The notes under the pieces: generated by a model | What the model was told of the DNA's origin: nothing | Seen by the model: only the letters and a program-made list of their open reading frames with translations | Database searches by the model: none | DNA from: Jatrophihabitans sp. | GTDB lineage: Bacteria; Actinomycetota; Actinomycetes; Mycobacteriales; Jatrophihabitantaceae | Direction: 5' to 3' | Length of the DNA stretch: 64,000 nucleotides | Assembly: GCA_036497285.1 (NCBI GenBank) | Contig: DASXJR010000062.1 | Location: forward strand, 281 to 64,280 | Translations under genes and position numbers: made by a program | Shown: in pieces, positions 36,854 through 47,650 of the stretch | Layout: every line of letters starts with the position of its first letter | How positions within the stretch are numbered: position 1 is the first letter of the stretch

Positions 36854-37465
36854 ATGACTGTGCTCGATCTGGAACCTGATCAGCTGCTTTCCACCACGCG
36901 TGCGGTGCGCAAGCGTCTTGATTTCGACCGTCCCGTGCCCGACGACCTGATCCGCGAGTGCGTCCGACTGGCACTGCAAGCACCGTCCGGGTCGAACACG
37001 GTGACGATGCGCTTCGTCGTCGTGCGCGATCCCGAACTCAAGACGGCGATCGCGGGCTACTACAAGCAGTCCTACGACAAGTACCGGGCGCAGCAGCAGC
37101 CGCGTGACGAGCAGGGCCGGCGGGTGGCGAGTTCGGCCGACTACCTGTCCGAGCACATGGCCGAGGCGCCCGCGCTGGTGATCGGGTGCAACAAGGGGTT
37201 CGACCGCAAGAGCGCGCAGGTCGGCATGGGCAACATCCTGCCGGCGATGTGGAGCTTCATGCTGGCCGCACGGGCTCGCGCGCTCGGCACGTCCTGGACG
37301 ACGCTGCACCTGCCCTACGAGCGCGAGGTGGCCGATCTTCTCGGCATTCCCTATGAGACGGTCGCGCAGGCCGTGCTGACGCCGGTCGCGTTCACGAAGG
37401 GGACGGACTTCAAGCCGGCGACCCGTCCGGAACCGGACAAGGTCATCCACTGGGACCGCTGGTAA
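36854..37465 (+). CDS. Nitroreductase-family protein
   Basis: MTVLDLEPDQLLSTTRAVRKRLDFDRPV... and LALQAPSGSN. Confidence 0.8.
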   Translation: MTVLDLEPDQLLSTTRAVRKRLDFDRPVPDDLIRECVRLALQAPSGSNTVTMRFVVVRDPELKTAIAGYYKQSYDKYRAQQQPRDEQGRRVASSADYLSEHMAEAPALVIGCNKGFDRKSAQVGMGNILPAMWSFMLAARARALGTSWTTLHLPYEREVADLLGIPYETVAQAVLTPVAFTKGTDFKPATRPEPDKVIHWDRW

Positions 37466-37470
37466 CCGCC

Positions 37471-37514
37471 CACTTTTGGCGGCCTGCCGTCAAATAGCAC
37501 GTCCTGCCGCCAAG
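37471..37514. repeat. Family C hairpin element, copy C2 (right arm degenerate)
   Basis: CACTTTTGGCGGC - loop with CCGTCAAATA - GCCGCCAAG. Between the convergent stops of the nitroreductase gene and purA. Confidence 0.7.
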
Positions 37515-37520
37515 ACCGGC

Positions 37521-38810
<1,290 letters not shown>

Positions 38811-38904
38811 TCACCTCGTCTGATTGCGGCCCCGAGCAGGGTAGTCGACCTGACTCCGCTCGCTCTTGGCCCCGCTGCAGGGTCCGCGTCGGCGTGTCGC
38901 CCGG

Positions 38905-39315
38905 CTACGGGGCCAAGACGTCGGCGGCTTCGGGGTCGCTGTCGCGCAGGAAGGTCGCGCAACGCTGTGCCTCGTCGTTCTCACCGATCGCGGCGGCAGC
39001 CTGACCCAGCGCGTGCAGCGCGCGCAGGAACCCCCGGTTCGGCTCGTGCGCCCACGGGACAGGCCCGGATCCGCGCCACCCCGCGCGGCGCAGCGCGTCC
39101 AGCCCGCGGTGGTAGCCGGTCCGCGCGTAGGCGTAACCCTCGACCGTCCGGCCGTCCGCGAGCGCCGCCTCGGCGAGCGTGGCCCACGCCAGCGACGACA
39201 CCGGAAACGCCGCAGCCACCGCGACGGGGTCGTCTCCGGCCGCGAGCCGGGCACTCGCCGGGTCCTCGGGCAGGCGGGTGGGCGGGGTCAGCAGGTTGCC
39301 GTGCGAGTGGGTCAC
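38905..39315 (-). CDS. DUF3151-family protein (conserved actinobacterial neighbour of fba)
   Basis: 136 aa. GYAYARTGYHRGLDALRRAGWRG...PNRGFLRAL. Confidence 0.75.
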   Translation of the reverse strand: MTHSHGNLLTPPTRLPEDPASARLAAGDDPVAVAAAFPVSSLAWATLAEAALADGRTVEGYAYARTGYHRGLDALRRAGWRGSGPVPWAHEPNRGFLRALHALGQAAAAIGENDEAQRCATFLRDSDPEAADVLAP

Positions 39316-39386
39316 ACCGGCGATTGTGTCAGCGTCTGTTGTCGGGCGCGGACGCCGGCTGGCGTTGGCAGCCTGACCTTGTACCG

Positions 39387-39431
39387 GTTTTGGCGGTCTG
39401 ACGTTCTCTACGGCGACAGGCCGCCAAAAGT
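39387..39431. repeat. Family C hairpin element, copy C3
   Basis: GTTTTGGCGGTCTG - 16-nt loop - CAGGCCGCCAAAAGT. Ends 3 nt from the fba stop codon. Confidence 0.8.
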
Positions 39432-39434
39432 GCG

Positions 39435-40460
39435 TCAGGCGGTCGGGCTGGTGCCGGCCGAGAGCAGGTCCTCGCAGGCGCGCTGTACACGCGCCGCCAT
39501 GCCGGTCTCGGCCAGCTTGAGGTACGAGCGCGGGTCGTAGACCTTCTTGTTGCCGACCTCGCCGTCGACCTTGAGCACGCCGTCGTAGCTGGTGAACATG
39601 TGCCCGGCGATCTCGCGGGTGAACGCGTACTGGGTGTCCGTGTCGACGTTCATCTTCACCACGCCGTAGCCGACGGCTTCGCGGATCTCGTCCAGCGACG
39701 AACCGGAGCCACCGTGGAACACGAGATCGAACGGCTTGTCCCTACCCACCTTCGCCGCGACCTCGTCCTGCAGGTCCTTCAGGATTGACGGACGGAGCTT
39801 GACGTTGCCCGGCTTGTAGACGCCGTGCACGTTGCCGAACGTCGCCGCGAGCAGGTAACGGCCCTTGTCGCCCGTCCCGAGCAGTTCGGCGGTACGCACC
39901 GCGTCGCCCGGCGCGGTGTACAGCTTCTCGTTCATCTCGCCGACGACGCCGTCCTCCTCGCCGCCGACCACACCGATCTCGACTTCGAGCACGATCCTCG
40001 CCGCCGCGGCCTTCTCGAGCAGTTCCGCCGCGATCGACAGGTTCTCCTCGAGTTCGATCGCCGACCCGTCCCACATGTGCGACTGGAACAGCGGGTTCTG
40101 GCCGCGCTCGACGAGACCCTGCGAGATGGCGATGAGCGGACGGACGTAGCTGTCGAGCTTGTCCTTCTGACAGTGGTCGGTGTGCAGCGCGATGTTGATC
40201 GGGTACCTGGACGCGACGACGTGTGCGAACTCGGCCAGCGCTACCGCGCCGGTGACCATGTCCTTGACCGCGGTGCCGGAGGCGAACTCCGCGCCGCCGG
40301 TCGAGACCTGCAGGATGCCGTCGCTGCCGGCATCGGCGAATCCGCGCAGCGCGGCGTTCAACGTCTCGGACGACGTGACGTTGATCGCGGGATAGGCGAA
40401 CCCGCCCGCCTTGGCGCGGTCGAGCATGTCGGCATAGATCTCGGGCGTAGCGATCGGCAT
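39435..40460 (-). CDS. fba: Class II fructose-bisphosphate aldolase
   Basis: 341 aa. MPIATPEIYADMLDRAKAGGFAYPAINV..., HTDHC, HGGSGS motifs. Confidence 0.95.
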   Translation of the reverse strand: MPIATPEIYADMLDRAKAGGFAYPAINVTSSETLNAALRGFADAGSDGILQVSTGGAEFASGTAVKDMVTGAVALAEFAHVVASRYPINIALHTDHCQKDKLDSYVRPLIAISQGLVERGQNPLFQSHMWDGSAIELEENLSIAAELLEKAAAARIVLEVEIGVVGGEEDGVVGEMNEKLYTAPGDAVRTAELLGTGDKGRYLLAATFGNVHGVYKPGNVKLRPSILKDLQDEVAAKVGRDKPFDLVFHGGSGSSLDEIREAVGYGVVKMNVDTDTQYAFTREIAGHMFTSYDGVLKVDGEVGNKKVYDPRSYLKLAETGMAARVQRACEDLLSAGTSPTA

Positions 40461-40601
40461 GACAGCAAGCTACCCGGGTGTCTCGACCGCGGACTCAGTC
40501 GCGGTCGCCCCGCCGCCCGGAGATCAGGTCGTTCAGGCCCGGGACGACCGAGCCGAACTGCAGGTCTGGCCTTCATGCCCCAGCCCGCCTTCGGAGTCGG
40601 G

Positions 40602-40886
40602 TCAACGCAGGAAATCGAGCAGCGAGAGTTGCCGCACGGTGGCCGATGTCTGCAGGGCGGCCTGGTACGCGGTGTTCGCCGTGGTCACGTCGATGGCCAT
40701 CTGCGCGGTGTCCACATCCTCGATCGACGACAGTTGGGTCTTCAGCGACGTTGTCGCCGAGGTCTGCGCGGTCTGCACCTGCTGGTAGGTGACGCCCTCG
40801 CTCGCCTGCACGCTGCGATCGGTGGGCGCGACGCTCACACCGCCGAGCTCGGTCTGGGCGGTGCGCGAAGGGTAGGTGCCGGACAT
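40602..40886 (-). CDS. 94-aa stub carrying only a flagellin/FlgL-type C-terminal helix (probable flgL remnant)
   Basis: ...LSSIEDVDTAQMAIDVTTANTAYQAALQTSATVRQLSLLDFLR resembles the C-terminal domain of hook-associated protein FlgL/flagellin. The N-terminal domain is absent. Starts 8 nt after the flgN stop. Confidence 0.5.
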   Translation of the reverse strand: MSGTYPSRTAQTELGGVSVAPTDRSVQASEGVTYQQVQTAQTSATTSLKTQLSSIEDVDTAQMAIDVTTANTAYQAALQTSATVRQLSLLDFLR

Positions 40887-40894
40887 CGGCGGGG

Positions 40895-41476
40895 TCACGA
40901 CAGCGTGCGCGCCGAGGCAGCCGGTCCGACGCGGTCGTCGTAGCGGCCCGAGGATTTGGCCGAGGGCGCGAGCGCTGCGAGCTGCTCGAGGGCCTCGCGG
41001 GTGGCACGCTCGCCGGCGAGGAGCAGCGTGCGGTTGTGCGCGGTCACGGTCTCGATCTCGGTGGTGAGCGTGCGCAGCGCGACACGGTGATCGCCGAGCA
41101 CTGTCGCCCACGGCTCGCCCGCGTGTGAGGCGATCTCGACCAGCGACGCATCGCCCGGCAGGCCGAGGATCTGCACCAGGGTCTCGACCTCGATCGCGCG
41201 GACCACCTCGTGGTCCTGCACTGCCCGGGCCGCGGCGGCGACCGCCGCGTCGACGCGGGGCAGCCACCGGGTCTGGCCGGCGTCGAGCAGCAGCTGCTGC
41301 TGGGACAAGGCGAAGAGGAGATCCTCCAGGACCTTTCGCTCACGCCAGAGCACCTCGGCGAGCTCGCCCAGCACATCGATGCCGCCACTCAATCCTGCGG
41401 CGTCGGGTACTGGGTGAAGGGCGGCGCGCGGCAGGTGGGTCACGCCTTCTTCTATCGGTCCCGATGTCCGAAACAT
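40895..41476 (-). CDS. flgN: FlgN-like flagellar export chaperone
   Basis: LGELAEVLWRERKVLEDLLFALSQQQLLLDAGQTRWL...EVETLVQILGLP... matches the actinobacterial FlgN pattern. Start uncertain (ATG 41476 lacks an SD; GTG 41443 and TTG 41392 are alternatives). Confidence 0.6.
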   Translation of the reverse strand: MFRTSGPIEEGVTHLPRAALHPVPDAAGLSGGIDVLGELAEVLWRERKVLEDLLFALSQQQLLLDAGQTRWLPRVDAAVAAAARAVQDHEVVRAIEVETLVQILGLPGDASLVEIASHAGEPWATVLGDHRVALRTLTTEIETVTAHNRTLLLAGERATREALEQLAALAPSAKSSGRYDDRVGPAASARTLS

Positions 41477-41744
41477 TAGGTATCTGGCCCGCCGGGAGAC
41501 CTTCGAATCCGGAGGTAACCGTCCCGGCTACGACGAAATCCGAAGCGACGTCCGATTTGCACACAGAAACTTAACAAGTTTGGACCGGGATCTTGCGCCG
41601 CGAGACCAGGAGATGACAGACTCGCTTTACGCCGATCTAACATGTCGGCGAAAGGGAAGGTCGGGAGCCTTTCCCCAGGTCCGCGGGGGACCGAAACGCC
41701 ACGACCGGCACACCGCCGAATCGCACGTATTAGGAGCCCCCGCG

Positions 41745-42665
41745 ATGACCCTGATCCTCGACCGCGAGCCGACCAACACCGACCTCTTCGAGCCGGCTGT
41801 CACTGCCTCGCCCGCCGACGTCGAGAACCTGATCCGCGAGCACCTGCCCCTCGTCGGCCACCTGGTCCGCGAGGTCCTCAACCGCGTCCCCGCGCACGTC
41901 AACCGAGACGACCTGACCTCGGCCGGGATGTACGCCCTCACGTCGAGCGCCAAGAGCTTCGACCCCGCCTTCGGCGTTCCGTTCCCCCGCTTCGCCTCGA
42001 TCCGCATCCGCGGCGCGCTCACCGACGAGCTGCGCACGATGGACTGGGCCAGCCGGGCTGTTCGCGGCAAGGCGCGCGAGCTGAACATCGTCCGCAGCGA
42101 GCTCACCCACACGATCGGCGCCGAGCCGACCCGTTCCGAGATCGCCGACGCCATGGGCATCTCGGTCGCCGACCTTTCGACCCTCGAGTCGGACGTGCAA
42201 CGAGCGGGCCTGGTCAGTCTGCAGGCTCTGCCGTCCGAGGATGGCGCGGCGACCGTCCCGTCGACCGACGACCAGCCGGAGGAGACCCTGATCAAGCGCG
42301 AGCAGATCGGCTACCTGCGCGACGCGATTGTCGAGCTGCCTGCCAAGTTGCGCCTGGTCATCGAGGAGTACTTCTTCGGTCAGCGTCGCATGGCCGACAT
42401 CGCTGCCGAGCTCGGTGTCACCGAGTCGCGGGTGTCGCAGCTGCGCTCCGAGGCCTTGGTCATGCTCCGCTCGGCCATGGCCGGCATGGACGACGGCAAG
42501 ACGGATGCCGCGAGCGCGCCGGCGCGGGGCCGCGCCGCAGCCGCCAAGCAGGCTTACGTCGCCGCTGTCGCCACCCGCTCCACGCTGGCCAGCCGGTTGT
42601 CGGCCACCACGCTGCTCGGTGAGACCCGCTCGTCGGACAACGGCGAGTACCGCGTCGCCAACTGA
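41745..42665 (+). CDS. FliA/WhiG-family (sigma-28 type) RNA polymerase sigma factor with about 60-aa C-terminal tail
   Basis: AGGAG RBS. Region 2 (LVGHLVREVLNRVPAHVNRDDLTSAGMYAL...FPRFASIRIRGA), region 3, and region 4 (LRLVIEEYFFGQRRMADIAAELGVTESRVSQLRSEAL). Confidence 0.85.
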   Translation: MTLILDREPTNTDLFEPAVTASPADVENLIREHLPLVGHLVREVLNRVPAHVNRDDLTSAGMYALTSSAKSFDPAFGVPFPRFASIRIRGALTDELRTMDWASRAVRGKARELNIVRSELTHTIGAEPTRSEIADAMGISVADLSTLESDVQRAGLVSLQALPSEDGAATVPSTDDQPEETLIKREQIGYLRDAIVELPAKLRLVIEEYFFGQRRMADIAAELGVTESRVSQLRSEALVMLRSAMAGMDDGKTDAASAPARGRAAAAKQAYVAAVATRSTLASRLSATTLLGETRSSDNGEYRVAN

Positions 42666-42681
42666 GCAGCGCCGGCATGTG

Positions 42682-42710
42682 ATCCTGCGGCCCCGGCCGG
42701 GCCGCAGGAT
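42682..42710 (+). terminator. GC-rich hairpin 17 nt after the sigma-factor stop (12-bp perfect stem, 5-nt loop, no U-tract)
   Basis: ATCCTGCGGCCC cggcc GGGCCGCAGGAT. Confidence 0.45.
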
Positions 42711-42848
42711 TGCAGACCCTGCCAGCATCGCCTGTCGCCGACGCCTCGTCGCTGTTGTGGTTGGCCGGTAGGTCCACGAGGAGCAAGGACACTTCGCGCT
42801 CGGCGAACTCCACTTCCCCTCCGACCGACTGACTGATCGACTGGCGGG

Positions 42849-43877
42849 GTGGTAGTCCGCGAGAACGTCTTAGTCATCGGTGGGTCGGTCTTTCTCGGAC
42901 GGGCGGTGGTGGACGAAGCGCTCGCCGCGGGCGCCGATGTCACCGTCTTCAATCGCGGCAGATCGGGCCGTCCGCGCGACGACGTGCGACAACTGAACGG
43001 CGACCGCACCGTCGCCGCCGATCTCGAGCAACTGCGCGGAGAGCGGTTCGACCTGGTCGTCGACACCTGCGGCTACGTCCCCGCCGACGTGGGGCGAGGC
43101 GCAGAGCTGCTCGCCGACAGCTGCGGTCACTACGCCTTCGTGTCGAGCATCAACGCGCTGCCCGGCTGGCCCGAGGAGCTCGACTACCACGCGCGCGGCG
43201 AACACGACGGCGCGCCGGACGCGACCCGTGCCGACGTCCCGGAGGACATGGACCCGTCGGCCGCCTACGGCTGGCTGAAGGTCGGCTGCGAGCGCGCCGT
43301 GGCCCGCGCGTTCGGGGCCGACCGGACGTCCGTGCTGCGGGCCGGATTGATCGTCGGCCCGAACGACAGCGCGGTCGGGCGGCTGCCGTGGTGGCTCTAC
43401 CGCGTGGCCCGAGGCGGCGAGGTACTCGTACCCGGCAGGCCCGACGCGCCAGTAGCGATGATCGACGCTCGCGATCTCGCACAGTTCGCGCTGCGGGCCG
43501 CGCCGGGCGTGTTCGAGACACCCGGCCCGTCCGGGCGTGACACCCGCGCCGATCTCATGGCCGGGTGCGCCGCTGTCACCGGCGCGGACGTGCGGTTCAC
43601 CTACGTGGAGGACGAGGACTGGCTGATGGCTCAGGGCGTGGTGCCGTGGACCGAGATCCCGCTGTGGGGGCCCGCGAAGCAGATGCCCAGCACGTTCGTG
43701 CACGACACCGCAGCCGCCGAGCGGGCAGGGCTGCGGTGGCGGCCGATGCGCGCGACGCTGGCCGACACCTGGGCCTGGCAGCAGGATGTCGAGGGCGGCT
43801 GGACCCCGACGGCGATGGCGCCCGGTCTGGCACCGGAGCGGGAACAGGAGTTGCTGACCGCCTGGCCCCGAACCTGA
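42849..43877 (+). CDS. NAD-dependent epimerase/dehydratase (SDR superfamily)
   Basis: 342 aa. Rossmann motif VLVIGGSVFLGRAVV. Confidence 0.75.
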   Translation: MVVRENVLVIGGSVFLGRAVVDEALAAGADVTVFNRGRSGRPRDDVRQLNGDRTVAADLEQLRGERFDLVVDTCGYVPADVGRGAELLADSCGHYAFVSSINALPGWPEELDYHARGEHDGAPDATRADVPEDMDPSAAYGWLKVGCERAVARAFGADRTSVLRAGLIVGPNDSAVGRLPWWLYRVARGGEVLVPGRPDAPVAMIDARDLAQFALRAAPGVFETPGPSGRDTRADLMAGCAAVTGADVRFTYVEDEDWLMAQGVVPWTEIPLWGPAKQMPSTFVHDTAAAERAGLRWRPMRATLADTWAWQQDVEGGWTPTAMAPGLAPEREQELLTAWPRT

Positions 43878-43921
43878 GGACGTCTCGGTGCCGGACGGGC
43901 GCAATCCGTAAGGTGCCAGAT

Positions 43922-44563
43922 GTGATTCATGTCCTGGCGAATCCGATCTCTCCGGACACCCTGCTCAGCAATTTCGGTCTGGCCGGCCTGGCCGTGATCC
44001 TCTTCGCTGAGTGCGGGCTGTTGATCGGTTTCTTCCTGCCCGGGGACACCATCCTGCTGGCGGCCGGCATCTCACTCGCGATCGGGACGATCAAGACCCC
44101 GCTCGGCTGGTACCTGGTGATCGCCCCCATCGCCGCCATCCTCGGCAACCTGGTCGGTTACTGGATCGGGTATCGCGCCGGCCCGAAGGTGTTCGACCGG
44201 CCCAACTCCAAACTGTTCCGGCCCGAGTACGTGACCCGCGCGCACGCGTTCTTCGAGCGCTGGGGGGTGCTGACGATCCTCATCGCCAGGTTCGTGCCGA
44301 TCGTCCGCACCGTCGCGACCGTCATGGCCGGAACCGGAAAGATGCGGTTCTCGCTGTACGCGATCGTCTCCGTCATCGGCGGCGTCATCTGGGCCGACGG
44401 TGTGCTGCTGATCGGGCATGCGCTCGGGCACGTCTCGTTCGTGCGCGACCACAAGAGCTACATCGACTACGCGATCGTGGCCGTGGTGATCCTGTCGTTC
44501 GTCCCTGCCCTGTACCACCTGGTGCAGAACCGTCGGCGGACGAAGGCGCGCAACGAGTCCTGA
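43922..44563 (+). CDS. DedA-family membrane protein
   Basis: GTG start. FAECGLLIGFFLPGDTILLAAG and ...RFVPIVRT... DedA signatures. Confidence 0.85.
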   Translation: MIHVLANPISPDTLLSNFGLAGLAVILFAECGLLIGFFLPGDTILLAAGISLAIGTIKTPLGWYLVIAPIAAILGNLVGYWIGYRAGPKVFDRPNSKLFRPEYVTRAHAFFERWGVLTILIARFVPIVRTVATVMAGTGKMRFSLYAIVSVIGGVIWADGVLLIGHALGHVSFVRDHKSYIDYAIVAVVILSFVPALYHLVQNRRRTKARNES

Positions 44564-44615
44564 CGTCGGGGTCCTCGCGGAATCGCCACGCTTTCCAGGC
44601 GATTTCGTGGGGTGA

Positions 44616-44882
44616 CTAGGAGCAGAACCGGTTCAGCCGGTCCGGCGGGCTCAGGTGAACGCCGAGGAAGTCGAAGTTGCACTTGTGCTGGTCGATGCGG
44701 TGCTCGATCGACGTGCGCTGTTGCCAGACGACGAAGACCAGCACGACCACGGCAACCGCCACGAAGACTCGGACAATGAGCTTGGTGATCAGCAGGCTGA
44801 TGATCAGCCCGAGCACGATCAGCGCGATGATGATTCCGACGCCAAGTTTGGTGACGTCGCCTGCGTCCAGTGCCTCGACCAC
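44616..44882 (-). CDS. Small membrane protein, hypothetical
   Basis: 88 aa. Two hydrophobic helices. Coding status is not otherwise supported. Confidence 0.4.
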   Translation of the reverse strand: MVEALDAGDVTKLGVGIIIALIVLGLIISLLITKLIVRVFVAVAVVVLVFVVWQQRTSIEHRIDQHKCNFDFLGVHLSPPDRLNRFCS

Positions 44883-44904
44883 ACGTGGACGATAGCCTCA
44901 AGGC

Positions 44905-46590
44905 GTGGAAGCTCCTCCTGAAGTGCCCCCCGGCGGCCTGCGCGTCGTCGCCCTCGGCGGCATCAAGGAGATCGGCCGCAACATGACGATGTTCGAGTAC
45001 CGCCCGGAGCGCGGGCCGAGCCGGTTGCTCGTCGTCGATTGCGGCATGTTGCTCGGCAAGACCAACTCACCCGGCGTGGACGTGACGCTGCCGGACTGGT
45101 CGTACTTCGACGAACGGCTCGGCGACATCGACGCAGTGGTGCTCACGCACGGCCACGAGGACCACATCGGCGCGCTGCCCTACCTGCTCAAGGCGCGGCG
45201 TGACGTGCCGGTGTACGGCTCGCGGCTGACGCTCGCGCTGGTGGCCGCCAAGCTCGAGCAGCACCGCATCCACAATCCTGATCTCCGCCAGGTGCGCGAG
45301 GGCGAACTGACCGACGTCGGGCCCTGGGGTCTGGAGTTCTTCGCCGTCAACCACTCGATCCCGGACGCGCTCGCCGTGGCGATCCGGGTCGGCGGGCAGA
45401 CCGTGCTGCACACCGGCGACTTCAAGATGGACCAGACGCCGCTCGACGGGCGCCTCACCGACCTGAACGGATTCGCGCGGCTCGGCGACGAGGGCGTCGA
45501 TCTACTACTCGCCGACTCGACCAACGCCGAGGTGGGCGGATTCATCCCGTCCGAGCGGCAGGTCGGGACAGTGGTGTCCGACGTGATCGCCAAGGCGCCC
45601 GGGCGGATCATCGTGGCCTGCTTCGCCTCGCACGTCCACCGCGTGCAGCAGGTGCTCGACGCCGCCCGCGCCAACGGACGCCAGGTCGCACTGGTCGGGC
45701 GGTCGATGGTGCGCAACATGACGATCGCCCGTGAACTCGGGCTGCTGCACGTTCCCGACAATCTGCTGATCGACCTCAAGGTGGCCGAGGAGCTGCCCTC
45801 GCGGCGGGTGCTGTTGATCTCCACCGGGTCGCAGGGCGAGCCGCTGTCGGCGCTGTCGCGAATGGCCAACCGCGACCACCAGACGGTGCGGATCAGCACC
45901 GACGACACGATCCTGCTGGCGTCCTCGCTGATCCCGGGGAACGAGACCTCGGTCGGGCACGTGATCAACGGCCTGTCGCGGCTCGGGGCGACGGTGGTGC
46001 ACAAGTCCACCGCGCTGGTGCACGTCTCCGGACACGCGCCGGCCGGCGAGCTGCGGTACCTGCTCAATGCGGTCCGTCCGGCCAACCACATGCCGGTGCA
46101 CGGCGAGTGGCGGCACCTGCGGGCGCACGCCGAGATCGCCAAGTCTGTCGGCATCCCGCCCGAACGGATCATGCTGGCCGAGGACGGCACCGTGGTCGAC
46201 CTCGTCGACGGGATGGCGTCGATCACCGGCCATATCCCGGTCGGCTACGTGTACGTGGACGGACTCGAGGTCGGCGACATCGGCGATGTCACGCTCAAGG
46301 ACCGCCGCATCCTGGGCGAGGAGGGCTTCCTCTCGATCCTGGTGGCCGTGGACCTCGAGGCGGGCAAGGTCGTCTACGGGCCCGAGATCACGGCGCGCGG
46401 GTTCAGCGACGACCCGGCCGCGGTCGAGCCGATCCTGGCCGAGCTCGTGGAAGTCGTCGAACGTGCGCTGGTCGACGGCAACCGGGACGTGGACTCGCTG
46501 CAGCACCTGGTGCGGCGGACGGTCGGACGTTGGGTCGACCGCGAGTACCGCCGCCGCCCGATGCTCATCCCCACCGTCGTCGAGGTCTGA
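44905..46590 (+). CDS. rnj: Ribonuclease J
   Basis: 561 aa. Metallo-beta-lactamase HGHEDHIG, beta-CASP and C-terminal domains. Confidence 0.9.
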   Translation: MEAPPEVPPGGLRVVALGGIKEIGRNMTMFEYRPERGPSRLLVVDCGMLLGKTNSPGVDVTLPDWSYFDERLGDIDAVVLTHGHEDHIGALPYLLKARRDVPVYGSRLTLALVAAKLEQHRIHNPDLRQVREGELTDVGPWGLEFFAVNHSIPDALAVAIRVGGQTVLHTGDFKMDQTPLDGRLTDLNGFARLGDEGVDLLLADSTNAEVGGFIPSERQVGTVVSDVIAKAPGRIIVACFASHVHRVQQVLDAARANGRQVALVGRSMVRNMTIARELGLLHVPDNLLIDLKVAEELPSRRVLLISTGSQGEPLSALSRMANRDHQTVRISTDDTILLASSLIPGNETSVGHVINGLSRLGATVVHKSTALVHVSGHAPAGELRYLLNAVRPANHMPVHGEWRHLRAHAEIAKSVGIPPERIMLAEDGTVVDLVDGMASITGHIPVGYVYVDGLEVGDIGDVTLKDRRILGEEGFLSILVAVDLEAGKVVYGPEITARGFSDDPAAVEPILAELVEVVERALVDGNRDVDSLQHLVRRTVGRWVDREYRRRPMLIPTVVEV

Positions 46591-46627
46591 CCGCGTCTGC
46601 CGCAGCCTGCTCGACCCGCTGGTGCGG

Positions 46628-46697
46628 ATGAGTGGCGCATTTTGCGCGTGAGTGGCGCGATATCTCGCGCCACTCATGCCCGTATCCCGCCACTCAT
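46628..46697. repeat. Family B nested-palindrome element, copy B3
   Basis: ATGAGTGGCGCA - GTGAGTGGCGCGA tatc TCGCGCCACTCAT - CCCGCCACTCAT, 38 nt after the rnj stop and upstream of map. Confidence 0.9.
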
Positions 46698-46731
46698 CGA
46701 GACCGGGGTTCGCGCCGCCCGGCACAATAGA

Positions 46732-47607
46732 GTGGTGACCGCCAGCACCGCTCCCCTGCGTCCCGGGACGATCAGCCCGCGCCGTCCGGTGCCGAGCAGC
46801 ATCGCCCGTCCGCACTACGTCGACGCCCGGCCGGGCATCCCGGCCGACTACGACGACCCGATGGTCAAGGACGCCGACACCATCGCCCGCATGCGTGCGG
46901 CCGGCCGGATCGCCGCCGATGCCATCGTCGAGGTGGGCAAGCACGTCGCGCCGGGCGTCACCACCGACGAACTCGACCGCATCGGGCACGAATTCATGAT
47001 CAGCCGCGGCGCGTACCCGTCAACGCTCGGCTACAAGGGCTTTCCCAAGTCCTTGTGCACGAGCGTCAACGAGGTCATCTGCCACGGCATCCCCGACGAC
47101 CGCCCGCTCGGCGACGGCGACATCATCAAGGTCGACATCACGGCGTTCAAGGACGGCGTGCACGGCGACACCTGCGCGACGTTCTACGCCGGCAACGTCA
47201 GCCAGGAGGTCCGCGACCTCGGTGAACGCACCCGCGAGGCGATGCTGCGCGGGATCAACGCGATCCGCCCCGGCCGTCCGGTCAGCGTTATCGGACGCGT
47301 CATCGAGTCCTACGCCAAGCGCTTCGGCTACGGCGTGATCCGCGACTACACAGGCCACGGCGTCGGCCCGAGCTTCCACACCAGGCCGACGATCCTGCAC
47401 TACGACGAGCCGCGCGCGACTACCGAACTCGAGCCCGGGATGACCTTCACCGTCGAACCGATGCTCAGCCTCGGCGGCTACGAGTGGGAGTCGTGGGACG
47501 ACGACTGGACGATCCTCACCAAGGACCGGTCGTGGGTCGCGCAGTGGGAGCACACCGTCGCGGTGACCGAGGACGGCGCCGACATCCTCACCCTGCCGAG
47601 TGCCTGA
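46732..47607 (+). CDS. map: Methionine aminopeptidase, type I with N-terminal extension (MapB/type Ic-like)
   Basis: [30 protein letters not shown] extension, then canonical MetAP core (CHGIPD, DITA, HGVG, EPM, EHT). Confidence 0.9.
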   Translation: MVTASTAPLRPGTISPRRPVPSSIARPHYVDARPGIPADYDDPMVKDADTIARMRAAGRIAADAIVEVGKHVAPGVTTDELDRIGHEFMISRGAYPSTLGYKGFPKSLCTSVNEVICHGIPDDRPLGDGDIIKVDITAFKDGVHGDTCATFYAGNVSQEVRDLGERTREAMLRGINAIRPGRPVSVIGRVIESYAKRFGYGVIRDYTGHGVGPSFHTRPTILHYDEPRATTELEPGMTFTVEPMLSLGGYEWESWDDDWTILTKDRSWVAQWEHTVAVTEDGADILTLPSA

Positions 47608-47650
47608 GGAGCTCAGCCCTTCCGAGCGCCGGCGACGTGACACTGCACCG

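Noticed and set aside
41477-41744. Search for sigma-28/WhiG-type promoters (TAAA-N15-GCCGATAA) in the flgN / sigma-factor divergent region.
   Set aside because: Only a partial -10-like GCCGATCT (about 41630) was found, with no TAAA at the right spacing. The minus-strand candidates are weaker still. This is not enough to call.
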